A DNA stretch of 64,000 nucleotides from Octopus sinensis (GCF_006345805.1 NC_043013.1:41726001-41790000); one strand, 5' to 3'; shown: positions 26,088 through 41,421, numbered from the stretch's first letter. Program-made: numbers and translations. The notes: generated by a model not told the origin, from the sequence alone.

Positions 26088-29000
26088 TATGTTTGACTTT
26101 TGCTTTATATTTGTACAAGTTGGCTCCAAGTCTCACCCAGAGACCTCAAGAGACAACAGGTTGGAAGTTCATGTTGTTGTTATGCCTAGTGTGCCATATA
26201 TTTGGGGGGGGGAGTTTTTGGTGTTGTACTAATGAATGTCTAAACCGAAAATTATGTTTGTTTTAAACCTTGAGATTACATAGAAAGTATTTTGCGTAGG
26301 ATATGAGCAGTTCCCGTGAGCACTATCTTTTGAATTTCTGCCATTTTGGGGTTTCCTGGTATTTGAGTTAGGTAGCTATCAGCCCCTTTTGCTATCATTC
26401 CCAGGGCACCTATGACAACAGGTATTGTTTTAGTCTTCAGGTTCCACATTTTGCTGATTTCTACTTCAAGATCTTTATATTTGCTCAGTTTTTGGTAGGT
26501 CTTGACAGATACGTTTATATCGATTGGGACAGTCATATCAATGAGGAGGCATGTTCTTTGTTTGAAGTCTTTCAATATGATGTCTGGCCTATTTGCATAT
26601 ATCTTTCTGTCAGTTTGAATGGTGAAGTTCCAGAGGAGTGAGATGTGGTCATTTTCAAGCACTGGGGGTGGTTTGTGTTCCCACCAGTTTTTTTCATGGG
26701 GCAAATCCAGGTTTTTGCAGATTACCCAGTGAATATATTGTGCAGCTCTATCGTGTCTGCTGAGATAATCTGTAGGCGCTAGAAGACTGCACTTGGAGAC
26801 CACATGGTCAATGGTTTCATTTTGTTGCTGGCATACACGACACGTTTGACTGCTTCTGATCTTTAATATGTTGGCCTGGTAGTTTCTTGTTGGTAGGCAT
26901 TGATCTTGAGCTGCTATGATAAACCCCTCTGTTTCAGATTTTAAGTCAGAGGCCATTAGCCATTGATGGGTCAGGGCTTTGTCAACATCTGCATTATTTG
27001 CTCTCTTTGGGTATTTTCCATAGAGAGGTTTTTCTTGCCATTTATCATTCAGAATATCTAAGGCCGCAGATTTAGCACGGGTTTTCATGCGCTTAGCTTT
27101 TTCTGTGCCTGTTTCTTGTATGTCTATCTCTAATCCGAAATTTGTTGTATTCGGAATCACTTAGATATTCCTTTGCCTGTTTTGTTACTGAGTATGATGC
27201 TTTCTTGTTTTCATGTTTTGAGACAAGTTTTAACATCCAGTCCTCAGAGTTTTTCAGGTAGGTGTCTAGGCCAATTGTAGCAATCTTCATTGTTATTGCC
27301 AGTTGTAAAAGTCCCCATCCTCCCTCTTTTCTTGGCAGATAAAGTCGTTCTGTATCTACCTTAGGGTGGTGCATTCTATTCATTGTCAACAGTTTCGTAT
27401 TTTTCTGTCAAGATTACATATTCAGTAATTGACCAGTTAACGATTTGAAACTGTAAGTCACAACTAGTATGCTATTGCATTGATCGCTTCGATCCTGTTT
27501 CTCGCATTCAGCTCTGTCTTGAGTATTGCTCTTACTCTGCGATAACATTCTTTCCGATCCTTTCCTTCATCTCTGAATGCCTATTCCTTCTCCTTCAATT
27601 ACCCCTAGATACTTGTAGTTCTCTGCGGGTCTAATTCTTTTATGACATTCTGCTGGTCAAGGTTAACGTTAGATGTTCTGTCATTTTTCCATTGATAAGG
27701 TAGCTTTTGCACACTTATCGAGGCCAAATTGTATTCTGATGTCATCACTGAATTGTTTGACAATCGCTAGTAAGCCCTTGAGTTGTTGGTCATTTTTTGC
27801 AATTAGATGATTTATATTTTTATCAAACATTTTATATCCGTACTGCGAGTCATTGAGCAGTTTTGAGAGAGGTATTAAGGCTAAACAGAAGAGGAGTGGT
27901 GATAGTGAGTCACCCTGGAAAATGCCACATGAAATTTTTACATCACCAGCATTTAGAGATTCATTGTCACTGTTCAAAGTTAGTGTGGTTCTCCATGATC
28001 TCATACTTACAGACAAAAAGTTTCGCAGAGCAGGTGCTATCTTATACATTTCTAGGCATTTCTTAATCCAGCTATGTTGTAGGCTATCAAAAGCCTTTTT
28101 ATAGTCTATCCAGGCTATTGATAAGTTTTTGTGTCGTTTGTGACAATCTTCTAAGATCATCTTATTGATGAGTAGTTGATCTTTACAACCGTAGGATCCA
28201 CGTTTACATCCTTTCTGTTCATTAGGGAATATGCTGCTGTCTGTCAAAGACTATAGGTATATTCCGTCAGGACAGATGTTAGTGTTTTATACAGTTGTTA
28301 AGCAGGTTATGGGTCGTAGTTTTTTGTTTCATTTGTTTCTTCCACTTTTTGGAAGCAGGAATGTTAACCCATTAACTAGCCAAGGAGGCATCCTACTAAG
28401 GTGTTGCAAAACATTATTGTAAAGTTCTGTTAGCAGTTCATGGCTCTCTGGGAAAGCATTCACCCAAAGTTAGGGATTTTATCATTTCCTGGAGACTTCC
28501 ATTTGCTTGACTCCTCCGAGAGCAGATCTATATCTTCTACCTTGACACCCTCCCACTTTTGCTCTTCTAAGGAGTCCAGTTTTTTATATTCTATCAATCC
28601 AGGGGGCCTTTTCTTCTGCCCAATTTTATTCCAAATCCCTGCAGCTTCTTCTTTTGATGGTACAGACTTTACAGTACTGTTGTTTTTCCTATCTCCTGTA
28701 AACATTTTTGGGTTTTTTTCGAACATGTTGTTGTCCCTGAGAATCTAACACGCTTTTCATACCTCGCTATGCGGGCAGCTTTAGCAGATACCTTTGCTTG
28801 ATGGTTTCTATGGTGGCATCAATATCAAGTATAGTTTTCATATTATGTTTTTTCGTTAGTTTTGGGGTTTTTGTAGGTTTGGTAGTCTTATGAACCTTAA
28901 GGTTTTTCAAATATTCAATGCCAGATCTAAATAGTTTAATTTGTGTGCAAACGCTCTTGCCAAGAAGGCTTTTTGTGGAAATGTTGCCGTTTTCTCTAAT

Positions 29001-30056
29001 CTTTCACCACATAGGATCGTTGATTTTCGCGGATGCATAGTATAGGTGTTGAGATCTGTGATATCAACATCATTAGCTGAAATTATATCCTTAAGTGCAA
29101 GCCGGGTTTTACCAATTATTTCATGTTTTGGTTAGATTTGCGTATTTTAGGGAGGTATCACGTTCATCCATACTGGTTTCTTTAATTTTCAGCCATTCAA
29201 TCATGATTTGACTTTTTAGCTCATGTAGTTCTGTCGGGTCAATATTTGTGTGACTTTCTTCATCTATTTGATGTTCATCTGTCTTAGTGTTTATATTTGG
29301 TTCATGGAGTATTTCACTTTGCCTATCACTTATACTAACTTTTCAATCCTTACTTCGTTTGTATTAGCTCTGAGCTGGTCTATAATTATTTCCTCTGTAT
29401 TATCTTCTTTAGCTGCAGCTTCGTTCATTCTATCCGTTACTGCTTGTTTAATTTGATCAACCTCTACTTCAGTCAGTAATTTTTTTTTTATAATGTTTCT
29501 TCTGACGTTGGCAAGTTTGTTACTGTCTATGTAGGGTCTTACTTCAGGGTGTTTCTGTCTCCAGTTTATGTAGGTTTGTATAGTGTTCGATTTATCTGTG
29601 GGGAAATATATGGCATGGTAGAAGGTCGCAAGAACTTCTTTGTTATCTTCCCTAGTCCATTTTTCTTTCTTTTTCTTTTGAGTGTTTGGTGACGAGCATG
29701 GATGGCCATCTGTTGGAATATTCCAGTTGCGGGGTACGTCCAGCTCCTGTGTGTCGGGAAGATTTGATCCAGTAGCTGATTTTTCAATCAGATTTTGGTT
29801 CAATTTTCGGGTACGTGGTCTTTTGTAGTCCGCTCGCCGACCATCGCGGATTGTAGGGTGTTTTGTTGACATTGAAGCATGACGAGCTTCGACTCTTGCA
29901 TTAAGAGACGGATCTGTCAGTTTAGGATTCTCTGCACGTAAACATTGTTCGTAGCGCAGCTTCTTAAGGCTAGCAGATCTGTGTTCGTCTGAACTTTTTT
30001 TGTTGATAGTTTTATCTCCGGGCATAGTTTTCCCTTCTTCTTTTTATTTTTTTAAT
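26087..30056 (-). mobile_element. R4/Dong-clade LINE, near full length (~4.0 kb, copy B), ORF broken by frameshifts and stops
   Basis: N-terminal KWTREDNKEV...NWRQKHP Myb-like block (29330-30025), RT motifs ([41 protein letters not shown]; 27681-28247), knuckle CRVC...ETIDHVVSKC and RLE RPDIILKD...LIDMTVP (26276-27160). (TAA)n on both sides. Confidence 0.95.
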
Positions 30057-30063
30057 ATTTTTA

Positions 30064-30174
<111 letters not shown>

Positions 30175-30420
30175 TGTCTCCTGACAGGTTCTTGCTGTAA
30201 ACTTTGAAGTTAGAAGCAGTTAAGAAAAATTTGCATGCGTACGCATCTCCATACATACATGCATACATATATACACTTACATGCGTACAATACATACATA
30301 TATGTATACATGTATACATGCACACACACACTTGCATACATACATACATGTTTATATATATACATATACGCATGCATGCATACATACATACATACATACA
30401 TACATACATACATACATACA

Positions 30421-30452
<32 letters not shown>

Positions 30453-30679
30453 CGTATGTATACATACATATATACATTATCTGGGATTTTAAGAATTCGC
30501 AAGAACTTCCTATGATTTAAAAGATAACGAACAATGCAAGTTGTTTTCTTTCACAACCATGCTTCGAAGTAAGGGGCCCGGTCAAAATTTACTCCATATA
30601 AAAAAGAGCATACATATATACATGCATACATGCATACATACATGCATACATACATACATACATACATACATACATACAT

Positions 30680-30710
<31 letters not shown>

Positions 30711-30894
30711 GGCAGGCAGGCAGGCAGGCAGACAGACAGACAGACAGAGACATTCAGGAAGTAAATAGACAACTTTATTATTCAAAATTTCTGATCTAAG
30801 CATCTTAATATGTTTTCAGCTGTGTAGAATTTACAATGTAATTATTCTTTTTCATTCCAGGTGCCATTATATTAAACATTTGCGAAGAGTAACC

Positions 30895-31274
30895 ATGTCA
30901 CGCACAAAAATTCAGCAGAACTGTCAGATGTTCAAAGAGGTCGTATTGTTGGGCAATCCGAGGCTGGTCTTAGCCAGCGAAAACTTGCCGAAAATCTTCA
31001 AATTCCTCTTGCTACTGTTAATAGAATTATAGTGCAATTCAAAAGCCAAGGAAAAGAATCAACAAATACTCGTCCCATCCGACCTGGGCCCTCGGAAATG
31101 AGGTTTCGCTGTTTGAAGAGAATTGTGAAAAATGAACCCCGGTCGAAGGCTTCTGATATTGCAAAACAGCTAGAAGTTAGTCCAAGAACGTGTGTTCCAT
31201 ATCTGCATAAGCTTGGGTATTATGGACGAGCAGCTAGAAGAAAACCTTTCCTTCAACCAATTAATATCAAATAA
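30895..31274 (+). pseudogene. Tc1-family transposase N-terminal fragment, copy 2
   Basis: Shares the -1 frameshift after MSRTK with copy 1, then is open to ...LHKLGYYGRAARRKPFLQPINIK*. Confidence 0.8.
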
Positions 31275-31631
31275 AAGATTTTGAAAAATAAAGGCGTCTA
31301 TTTACTTCCTGCATATCTGTGTACATACATACATACATACATACATACATACTTATATGTATGCATGGATACATACCATACATACATACATACATACATA
31401 CTTATATGCATGCGTGCATACATACATACACACATACATACATGCATACATAAATACATACATACAAACATACATACATACATACATACATACATACATG
31501 TAAACATACATACATACATACATACATACATGCAAACATAAATACATACATACATACATACATACATACATACATACATACATACATACATACATACATA
31601 CATACATACATACATACATACATACATACAT

Positions 31632-31840
31632 ACTGCCTAAATACCAATCTTGAGAAACCAGACATCTCAAAACCAGAAAGGAGAAAGCTGATTCGAAGAC
31701 GACAGATCCAAGCCATCACTGGAACTGCAAAAATCTGTAAAACCTCCCAGACGTTGATCATTTAAGTATATATGAGCATGTCTAGATATACAAGTATATG
31801 CATGAGAAGACAGACAAAACAAAACATACAAATCTGCATG
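31632..31840 (+). mobile_element. 3' end of a (TACA)n-associated RLE LINE family
   Basis: Degenerate CLNTNLEK...LIRRRQIQAITGTAKICKT...II* plus a ~90-bp 3' UTR; homologous to 62712-63112. Confidence 0.8.
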
Positions 31841-31899
31841 TATACATACATAATATATACATATATACATACACACACACACACACACACACACAGACG

Positions 31900-31933
<34 letters not shown>

Positions 31934-31939
31934 CATACA

Positions 31940-31973
<34 letters not shown>

Positions 31974-32019
31974 CATACATACATACATACATACATACAT
32001 ACATACATACATACATACA

Positions 32020-32047
<28 letters not shown>

Positions 32048-32050
<3 letters not shown>

Positions 32051-32265
32051 GTAACACGTTGCCTGAATACCAATCTTGAGAAATTAGGCTTCTCAAAACC
32101 AGAAGGGAGAAAGCTAATCCAAGGACTACAGATACAATCTATCACTAGAACTGTAAAAATCTGTAAAACTTTCCAGAAGTTTATCATTTAAATACTTATG
32201 AGCATGTCTAGATATGCAACTATATGCATGAGAAGACATAAAACAAAACATACAAATCTGTGCAC
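32048..32265 (+). mobile_element. 3' end of the (TACA)n-associated RLE LINE family
   Basis: YVTRCLNTNLEKLGFSKPEGRKLIQGLQIQSITRTVKICKTFQKFII* followed by the same 3' UTR. Confidence 0.85.
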
Positions 32266-33120
32266 ATATATACATACACACCTACATACACACACACACA
32301 CACACACATACACACATACATACACAGATACATACATACATACATAATACATACATACATACATACATACATACATACATGCATACATACATACATATAT
32401 ACATACATACATACATACATGCATACATACATACATACATACATACATACATACATACATACATACATGCATGCATACATACATACATACATACATACAT
32501 ACATACATACATACATGCATACATACATACATATATATACATACATACATACATACATACATACATACATGCATACATACATACATACATACTACATACA
32601 TACATACATGCTACATACATACATACATCATATATACATACATACTACATACATGCATACATACATACATACATACATACATCATATATACATACATACA
32701 TACATACATATACATACATACATATCACATACATACATACATACATACATACATACATACATACATACATACATACATACATACATACATACATACATAC
32801 ATACATACATACATACATACATACATACATACATACATACATACATACATGCATACATACATACATATATACATACATACATACATACATACATACATAC
32901 ATGCATACATACATACATATATACATACATACATACATACATACATACAGGCATACATACATACATATATACATACATACGTACATACAAATATACCCTG
33001 TTAGTATTGTTGAAGTTCCAACAAAGGAGCCTTGAATCTAGGTTAGAAACCAGCTCTTTCTCTATTCCAAGGAATCTTGAAATAAGTCCGAATAATGACA
33101 TACATACAAACAAACATGCA

Positions 33121-33385
33121 TAAATTTGGTTTCGTTAGTAAATGCCTAAGTGATAATCCAGTAAAGCTTCTGTTTTAGGAAAAGAAATTAAAGCAGACAC
33201 ATTAGAATTACAACCTGTTAGCGGAACTGTAAAAATATGCAACACCTTTCTCAGGTTCAAAATGTGAATTTATTTTTGTCATCCATCTTCAAACGATAGA
33301 GCTTTGTATATCTTTTAGAAACCAACTCTTTCCTAACAGAAAGACTTCAAATGATAAAAAGCAGAGTAGAACGTACATAGAATTA
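33121..33385 (+). mobile_element. 3' end of a second subfamily of the (TACA)n-associated LINE
   Basis: ...SGTVKICNTFLRFKM* with its own 3' UTR (TTAGAAACCA...). Homologous to 43670-43925; a UTR-only remnant lies at ~32992-33105. Confidence 0.7.
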
Positions 33386-34479
33386 CACATGCATACATGC
33401 ATACATATATGCGTGCATGGACGCAAGAAAGCACTCATGGATATATAAGTGCATACACACATATACATGCATACATACAGACATACATGCATACACACTT
33501 ACATGCATACACACACATACCTGCACAAGTACATGCATGCATGTATACACTCACATACATACATACATACACACATACATACATGCACACATACATGTAT
33601 GCATGCGTATTTATACATACATACACATGCACATATGCATACACACACGTACATACATACAGGCAAGCACGCATACATATACATACATACGCACACGGAC
33701 GCATGTATGCTTTGCATGCATACATACATGCACATATAAACACACATACATACATACATACGTACATACATGCAAACTTACATATTTACATACATGCATA
33801 CACACATACATACACATATACACACACATATATACATACATATACACCTACATGCATACACGCATATACATGCATACATGCATACATTCATACATAATAC
33901 ATACATATATACACATGTATACATGCACAAATACATACATGTATGCATGCGTATTTGCATATACATACATACACATGCACATATACAAACGCACATACAT
34001 ATATACATACATGCATGCATACATACATGCATGCATACATACATACATATATACATGTATGTATGCATACATATATACATGTATGTATGCATACATACAT
34101 ATATGCATGCATACATACATACATATATACATGCATACATACATATATACATATATGCATACATATATACATGCATGCATACATACATACATGCATACAT
34201 ACATATATGCATATATGCATACATATATACATACACACACACACAAACACACATACATACATACATACATTCATACATACATGCATACATACATACATAC
34301 ATACATACATACATACATACATACATACATACATACATACAGGCTTGGCACGCATGCGTAGTTACATATATGTTGTGATCCAGAACAATCTGAACTAAGG
34401 GAAAAAGTAAAAAATGGTGGTAGAAGTAGGAAAAAAGTAGCGAAATGAAAAAGTAAGGACTTATAAAGTAAAGAGGAAT

Positions 34480-34720
34480 ATATTAAAACGGGTAGATCAA
34501 AAGAGCAACTGAATTAAACGACCATCGACCTGATATTATCGCTTGGAACTACGAGAGGAGAAAGAAGGCTTTGCCGTTGAACAGTGATGTGGTAAGAAAA
34601 CGTAAAGGAAAAAGAAATCAGTTATGGACGAGTGACGAAGAGTTTTAAACTTCAGTACCCTGAATATGCTTTCAGCTTATACTTATTATTAGGGAAAAGG
34701 ATAAGATATAATATTAGCAT
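34480..34720 (+). mobile_element. Older, degenerate RLE-domain fragment related to the (TACA)n family
   Basis: HRPDIIAWNYE...PLNSDVVRKRK(E)KEISYGRVTKSFKLQYPEYAFSL aligns by eye with the 62712-62900 translation. Confidence 0.6.
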
Positions 34721-35548
34721 GCGAGGATCAAAGTATAACTGATATTAGATTCTTGGAGAAAATGTACCTACATAATATATACATTGCAAATGATCATAAT
34801 AAAACCCCGAAGGCCTTCTTAAGATGTAACGTGTGAATGCTTGCCCAGAGGATGACAAAGAGAAGAATGCCGCTTTTCTTGCAAAAAATAGAAAATAGGG
34901 TTATGAATGAAACAAAGCTTTTATTCTTATTTTAAGTAAGAAACAAATGAAGATGGTACGAGGCCATTGAAATAAATATACAAGTCATCCGAGCAGATAC
35001 CTTCTCATTGACTGATGTTAGAGTGACATCTGGAAATGGGCAAGAATTACTGGTATTAGTACAATTATGCCTTTGCGAAAGCCTGGGGTACTGGTATTAT
35101 TCTTTTCCTCTTTCACTTGTTTCAGTCATTTGACTGCGACATGCTGGAGCACCATTTTGAAGGGTTATAGTCGAGTAAATCTACCCCAAGGCTATTTCTT
35201 AAGCCTTGTACTTATTTTACCCAAAAAGTTCATACCAGCACTGGTTGTCGAGCGGTGGAGTGGGGGTACAAATACAGACACAAAGACATACATACCGTTG
35301 CTATTATGCAAAAGTGTCGTAAGTCCAAAACGTTGCTTTTTCATAAAACAAAAATATAATTTTACCATTCTATAGCAAATCCGTTGTACTACACATTGGC
35401 AATTTTTGATATCTTTGCATTTGAAGCAGCTGGAGATACGATAGTTTAACCAAAATAACCGGCTTTTGTAAGCAAACTAAATATTACAAACAACGCATTT
35501 GGACATAAGACAGTTTAACATAATAGCAACGATATATTATATATATAA

Positions 35549-35619
<71 letters not shown>

Positions 35620-35639
35620 TATATATAGATATATTATAT

Positions 35640-35671
<32 letters not shown>

Positions 35672-35701
35672 TAGATAGACAGACAGACAGACAGGACAGA
35701 C

Positions 35702-35768
<67 letters not shown>

Positions 35769-35789
35769 CAGATATAGATATAGATATAT

Positions 35790-35955
35790 TTATACGACGG
35801 ACTTCTTTCAGTTTCCGTCTACCAAATCCATTCAGAAGGCTTTTGTCGGCCCGAGGCTATAGTAGAGGACACTTTCCCAGAGTGCCACGCAGTGAGACTG
35901 AACCCGGAACCATGTAGTTGAGAAGCAAGCTTCTTACCACACAGTCACGCGTGCG
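35790..35955 (-). mobile_element. Family A SINE 5' half
   Basis: Homologous to 2925-3091. Confidence 0.75.
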
Positions 35956-35994
35956 CGTAATTTCCGATTGCGACAAAACCCAATTCGTTAGTAG

Positions 35995-36357
35995 CCGGTC
36001 CGTCGCAGGATTACTCGTTTTTGGCCGCTGTGTGGTTTGGGGGTCACACGTTAAATGAAACGTTTTACTCGAGAGAACAACGCATCGTTCAGTCCAGGAA
36101 TCGAATTCACAATTTTACGATCACGAGTGCAACACACTGACCATTTAGCACATACATACATACATACATACATACATACATACATACATACATACATACA
36201 TACATACATACATACACACATACACATCATGCATGCATACATACTACATACATACATACATATAATATACATACATACACACACACCTACATACATACAT
36301 ACATATACACACATACAGCAGCATACATGCATACATACATACATGCCATACATACAT

Positions 36358-36388
<31 letters not shown>

Positions 36389-36620
36389 TACATACATACA
36401 TACATACATAACACACATACATGCATGCATACATACATACATACATACATCACACACACATCATACATACATACATACATACATACATACATACATACAT
36501 ACATACATACATACATACATACACACACACACATACATACGTACATATACACACATACATGCATGCATACATACATACATACATACACACACACATACAT
36601 ACATACATACATACACACAC

Positions 36621-36651
<31 letters not shown>

Positions 36652-36812
36652 CACACATACATACATACATACATACATACATACATACATACATACATAC
36701 ATACATACATACATACATACATACATACATACACACTGCCTAAATAGCAATCTTGAGAAATTAGGTTTCTCAAAGTCAAAAAGCAGAGAGCTGATTCGAA
36801 GACTTCAGATCT
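35995..36812. repeat. Composite unit: family C SINE fragment (minus) + (TACA)n + TACA-LINE tail (plus); duplicated at 44025-44500
   Basis: Both copies share gccggtccgt(c/t)gcaggattactcgtttttggccgctgtg...ctgaccatt(t/c)agca and actgcctaaatagcaatcttgagaaattaggtttctcaaa. Confidence 0.85.
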
Positions 36813-36959
36813 TAGCCAAGAGGTTGTTTTAGCAGGCCTAGTACTTATAAGAAGACGTCACAGAGACTTTCTTTTTTTATTTCGTTTTAGTAATTGGCCA
36901 CCGGTGACGACCCTTTCAACAAGCTGCTTAGAGTGATTGAATATCACAAAACCAGTCCA

Positions 36960-37270
36960 TTGGGCTTCGTCGAAAGTCTTATGAATGGAAAATTCATTTG
37001 TAAAAAGACAGCGAGCGAGAGGTTAACTGCCATCCACCATTAATGTTCTACACCAACACGCGCACGGCACGATATGTGGTAAAACACAGATTGCAATCTT
37101 ACAGAATTCTGCCTGAGTCGGAGTATTAGACATTTTAGTTATTTTCCGTACTAATTTCAGATGTTCTCGGTATGCAGAGAACTGATCGAGAAGTCGTGCA
37201 CAGAAAACTGCTTGGACTGTAAATGTGCCAAAGCATACTTGAACAGTTTACTACATTGCGACACTAGATC
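36960..37270 (+). pseudogene. Degenerate C-terminal relic of a large invertebrate transposon-associated protein with a CXC/TCR-like tail
   Basis: Frameshifted translation ...KK.ASERL/LPSTINVLHQH/RARHDMW... then CRELIEKSCTENCLDCKCAKAYL, resembling LPPT..aL.qH..RA.yQ..W...creLikC.C...C.CkC.ka.L. Recognised from memory only. Confidence 0.5.
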
Positions 37271-37536
37271 TTCAATAGTAGATCTTCTTTCTGGATAAAA
37301 AAAAAAAGCTTTGACTGTATTAATGGTGAGAAATTTGAAATAGAAAGCTAGAATAAACATGCATAGATATATGTACATACAAACATGCATGGATACAGTC
37401 AAACACATTAACACACACAAACACAAACACACGCACGCACACAGACGTAGGCACGTATACATTCATACGTACATATGCACATATGGATACCTACATATAT
37501 ATGTGTGTATATGTGTGTGCGTGTGTTTGTGTGTAT

Positions 37537-37569
<33 letters not shown>

Positions 37570-37765
37570 GTATTATATATATTATATATATATATATATA
37601 TAAATACATATATATCTATTATATATTTATATACACATATATATACATACATAAATATATATACACATATATACTTATATATATGTATATATATACACAT
37701 ATGGACATGCATACACACACATACACGCACGCACACACATGCACACTGCATACACATATGTATAT

Positions 37766-37824
<59 letters not shown>

Positions 37825-38212
37825 CATATAGATACACAATTACGCGACATACACACATGCGCACATATATACACACACATATCGACAGACATACTAGATA
37901 AATAGAATATAATAAAGCAAGGATAAAAATATTTTAAAATCCAAATCTTTCTTTACGATCTAACATGATTTTCAACTCTACTTTAATTTACCTTTCACAG
38001 TGGAATATATCAAAAATCCATACATACTAGTTATATATATGTATATACATATGTGTATTCATGTATGTATATATATATTGACATCTACATACGCATCTTT
38101 GGCTATGTGTATTTGTGTACATTTACTTATCATTTATATATGTGTGTTTGTTTGTTTGTGTGTGTACATATGTAAGTCTATATATATATTTATGTATGTA
38201 TACACGTATATA

Positions 38213-38243
<31 letters not shown>

Positions 38244-38499
38244 TATGTGTGTGTGTATGTGTGTGTGTCTGCCGGAATGTCTGTATATGTGTATATATGT
38301 GAATCTGAACAATATATTTTATTTTCAATATATTGCTTATAACAAACCTCGTATAGATGTATGCATAGCTATTAAGTGTTGGTCTGTGTGCATATATACA
38401 TATATATATGTGTATACTTATCTATATGTATGCATATATGTGTGTATATATATATATGTATATATATATATGTGTGTGTGTGTGTATGTATGTATATAC

Positions 38500-38563
<64 letters not shown>

Positions 38564-38680
38564 ATGCATACATATACATATATGTATATATGTGTATGTG
38601 CGTATATACATGTGTTTGTGTGTGCGCGTGTAGTGCCTCTATCTTGGTTATTTGTGTATGTAAGCATAGAAAATGGATTT

Positions 38681-38765
<85 letters not shown>

Positions 38766-39954
38766 GCAGACGGACAGACGGATAGTCAGAGAGAGAGGCC
38801 GGCAAACAGACAATCAGACACAGACGGACAAAAAGACAGACAGATGTACGAACGGATTGACAGACAGATATATATATATATATATATAATCTATAATATA
38901 AATTGGACATGGGCGATCGTTGTTTCTTGTCTTGAGGTTCACAGCCAAACGGCTGGGTGGGTTCGCGTAAAAAATGGCACACATGTGAGACGGGTGCATA
39001 GATTGGAATGTGGTTTTTATTTTTTCTTGGCCCCCATAGTTACCGAGAAAATCGATTAAAGCTTTTTCTAATGGAATAACCCTCTTTGTTCCGCCATTAA
39101 AACAACCAATTGCTCACACAACCGGCATATACCATTTCGCTAGCAACAAGGGGAGTACAGGATGACAGTTCTCTAAAACTTTCGCTATGCTGTCTCTCTT
39201 CTTTCACCTCTTTGTGGAGTTAATAATCTTAATATTTAGTTACAGTTTCTCATTCAAACTACATAATAGGCAGAATTGTCAGATGAAGACAGTATGGTGT
39301 TTTGAGGGAGATTTGGCTGCTATTTCTGCCAGGTCTAACTACCATGTATAGGTCTGAATTTAATTTTCATCCACATATTTGCATTTCAAAAATTTAACAT
39401 AATTTTCATAAATCAATTATCGAAATATACGCACACACGTCCATTTCATATATCTTCTTTAAATTTCTGCTCTCTGCAAATAAAATTTTTACGGATACAA
39501 CTGCTTACAAAAATAGGGAGGGATTAATGTATAATTTCTTTCTATGTTCATAATTAAATCAATGTGAAGTATATTTACCACTTAAATGTGGCTAACAACT
39601 AAGGGTTGGATGCTACTGTAGCTTGTAGCCCCAGGAGAACATCTTCTCTAGCTGACTATTGACACTTTCTGTGCCCTATCAGTAAATACTGTTTATACCT
39701 CGTTCAGAGATTTATAATTAAATCAATGTTTTAATGATTAGCCAGAGGTCCAATAGAATAGCTCTCAGAAACAGACTACGTACAAATTCGTTCTTCACAG
39801 CTCCTGACACTGTTTTCTGACAAGGGATGGGGTCAGGAAATTTCCATACAGCTGGAGGCTCCAATCGAAACAGGGGACAGGAAATGATAAGGTTGAGAAA
39901 CGCTGTTGTAGAGTATGCCTAACCGAAAACGATCACAGCTACATCATCCAAAGA

Positions 39955-39984
39955 GACCGGGTGAAACCGGGCTTAGCTGCTAGT
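39955..39984 (+). mobile_element. Possible Helitron 3' terminus
   Basis: Short hairpin CCGG-GTGAAA-CCGG followed ~10 nt later by CTAG|T. The 5' end was not located. Confidence 0.4.
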
Positions 39985-40729
39985 GTATATATATATATGC
40001 ATATGAACATAATTACATACACACCTCTGTAAGTATGTGTGCGGCTGGAGGAGATAGTACTAATTGAATATGCGAGAAGTGAGGCACGGATTACAACTAT
40101 TACACCACATTTGTTAATGTTGTTGTTGTTGTTGTTGCTGCTGCTGCTGATGATGATGGTGGTGGTGGTGGTGGTGGTGGTGGTGGTGGTGGAGGCGGTG
40201 ATATTTTTGTTATTTTTCGATTACCTCTTTCCTATTGATTTCTTAGGTTTCTGGCAGAGTCTGCGAATTTCGTATTCATTAACTAATTTCATACTAAACC
40301 TCAAATAGGTATCTATATGAATACCAATATGTGTGTGTGTGTGTTGTGTGTGTGGTGTGTGTGTGTGTGTGTGTGTATAGTCTATAGAAAAGGCTATTAT
40401 CCAAGCAGTGTCTTCGTGAAGCACATCTCCACATTCCAGTAACCAAAAATGTGTAGATGTTTTTGTTTTTTAATCTTGTTAGAGAAATTTGCTCTTAAGA
40501 AATCCTCTCCATGTCCTCTAAATCTATATAACCATTATGAATTTATCATATTTATATTTATATTATTATTATCATTATTGTTTTTTACTTTTAATCTTTA
40601 TATTTGTTACAGTCATTTTCTGAGACACACCCAGTGTCCTGGGGCGTGTGAAAGATAAAAGATGTTACAGTGTCATTGAATGTTTGGGGCGGGGTAGTAA
40701 CTAAATAATTTCATGTAATACAATACAGA

Positions 40730-41345
40730 CATTTAAATGGATAGGGTTTTTCTAAGGATGTGGACAGTACTGGTCAGAACAATCTTCTGGATTTTTCTAA
40801 GACATGGTTCCCCTGGAATCTTATCTAGATATTTCTGACATTACTTTTTAATCATACCTTTGGCACCCACAATAACAGGAACAGTTCTCGTTTTAAGATG
40901 CGACATCTTTTGTATTTCAATTTCCAGGTCCTTATATTTACTTAGTTTGTCAAATTCCTTGACATATTTTTATCAGTGAGAACACTTACATCAATAAGTC
41001 TACAAGTATTTTCTTCCCTGTCTTTAATAATTATGTCTGGTCGATTATCTTGGATCGTTCTGTCAGTGTTGACTGGAAAATCTCAGAGGATAGTAATATT
41101 TTTACCTTCAATGACAGGCTCAAGATGATATTCATACCAGTAAGCAAGACTGCTGATTTTGTAGATTTTACATATTTTCCAGTATAAATACTGTCCTATC
41201 CTATCGTGGCAATTTTTATAGAGATGGTCTATTGTTTCGTCAAATGTGTCGCAGAATCTGCATTTAGGGTCAGAACCGTTTTGTAGCAGTGGTTTCAGGT
41301 TCTTCAAATAATTCAGAATGAATGCCAAGTTCCTTTGCGAATTGG
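40730..41345 (-). mobile_element. Degenerate 5'-truncated R4/Dong fragment (copy C)
   Basis: PKCRFCDTFDETIDHL...HDRIGQYLYW...ITIL, ending ...TVHILRKTLSI*; followed by (TTA)n. Confidence 0.85.
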
Positions 41346-41381
41346 CAAGCTTATATTATTATTATTATTATTATTATTTAA

Positions 41382-41419
<38 letters not shown>

Positions 41420-41421
<2 letters not shown>

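Larger units (their letters stand above)
31310..34340 (+). repeat. Long degenerate (TACA)n field containing several LINE 3' ends
   Basis: Direct reading. Confidence 0.95.
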
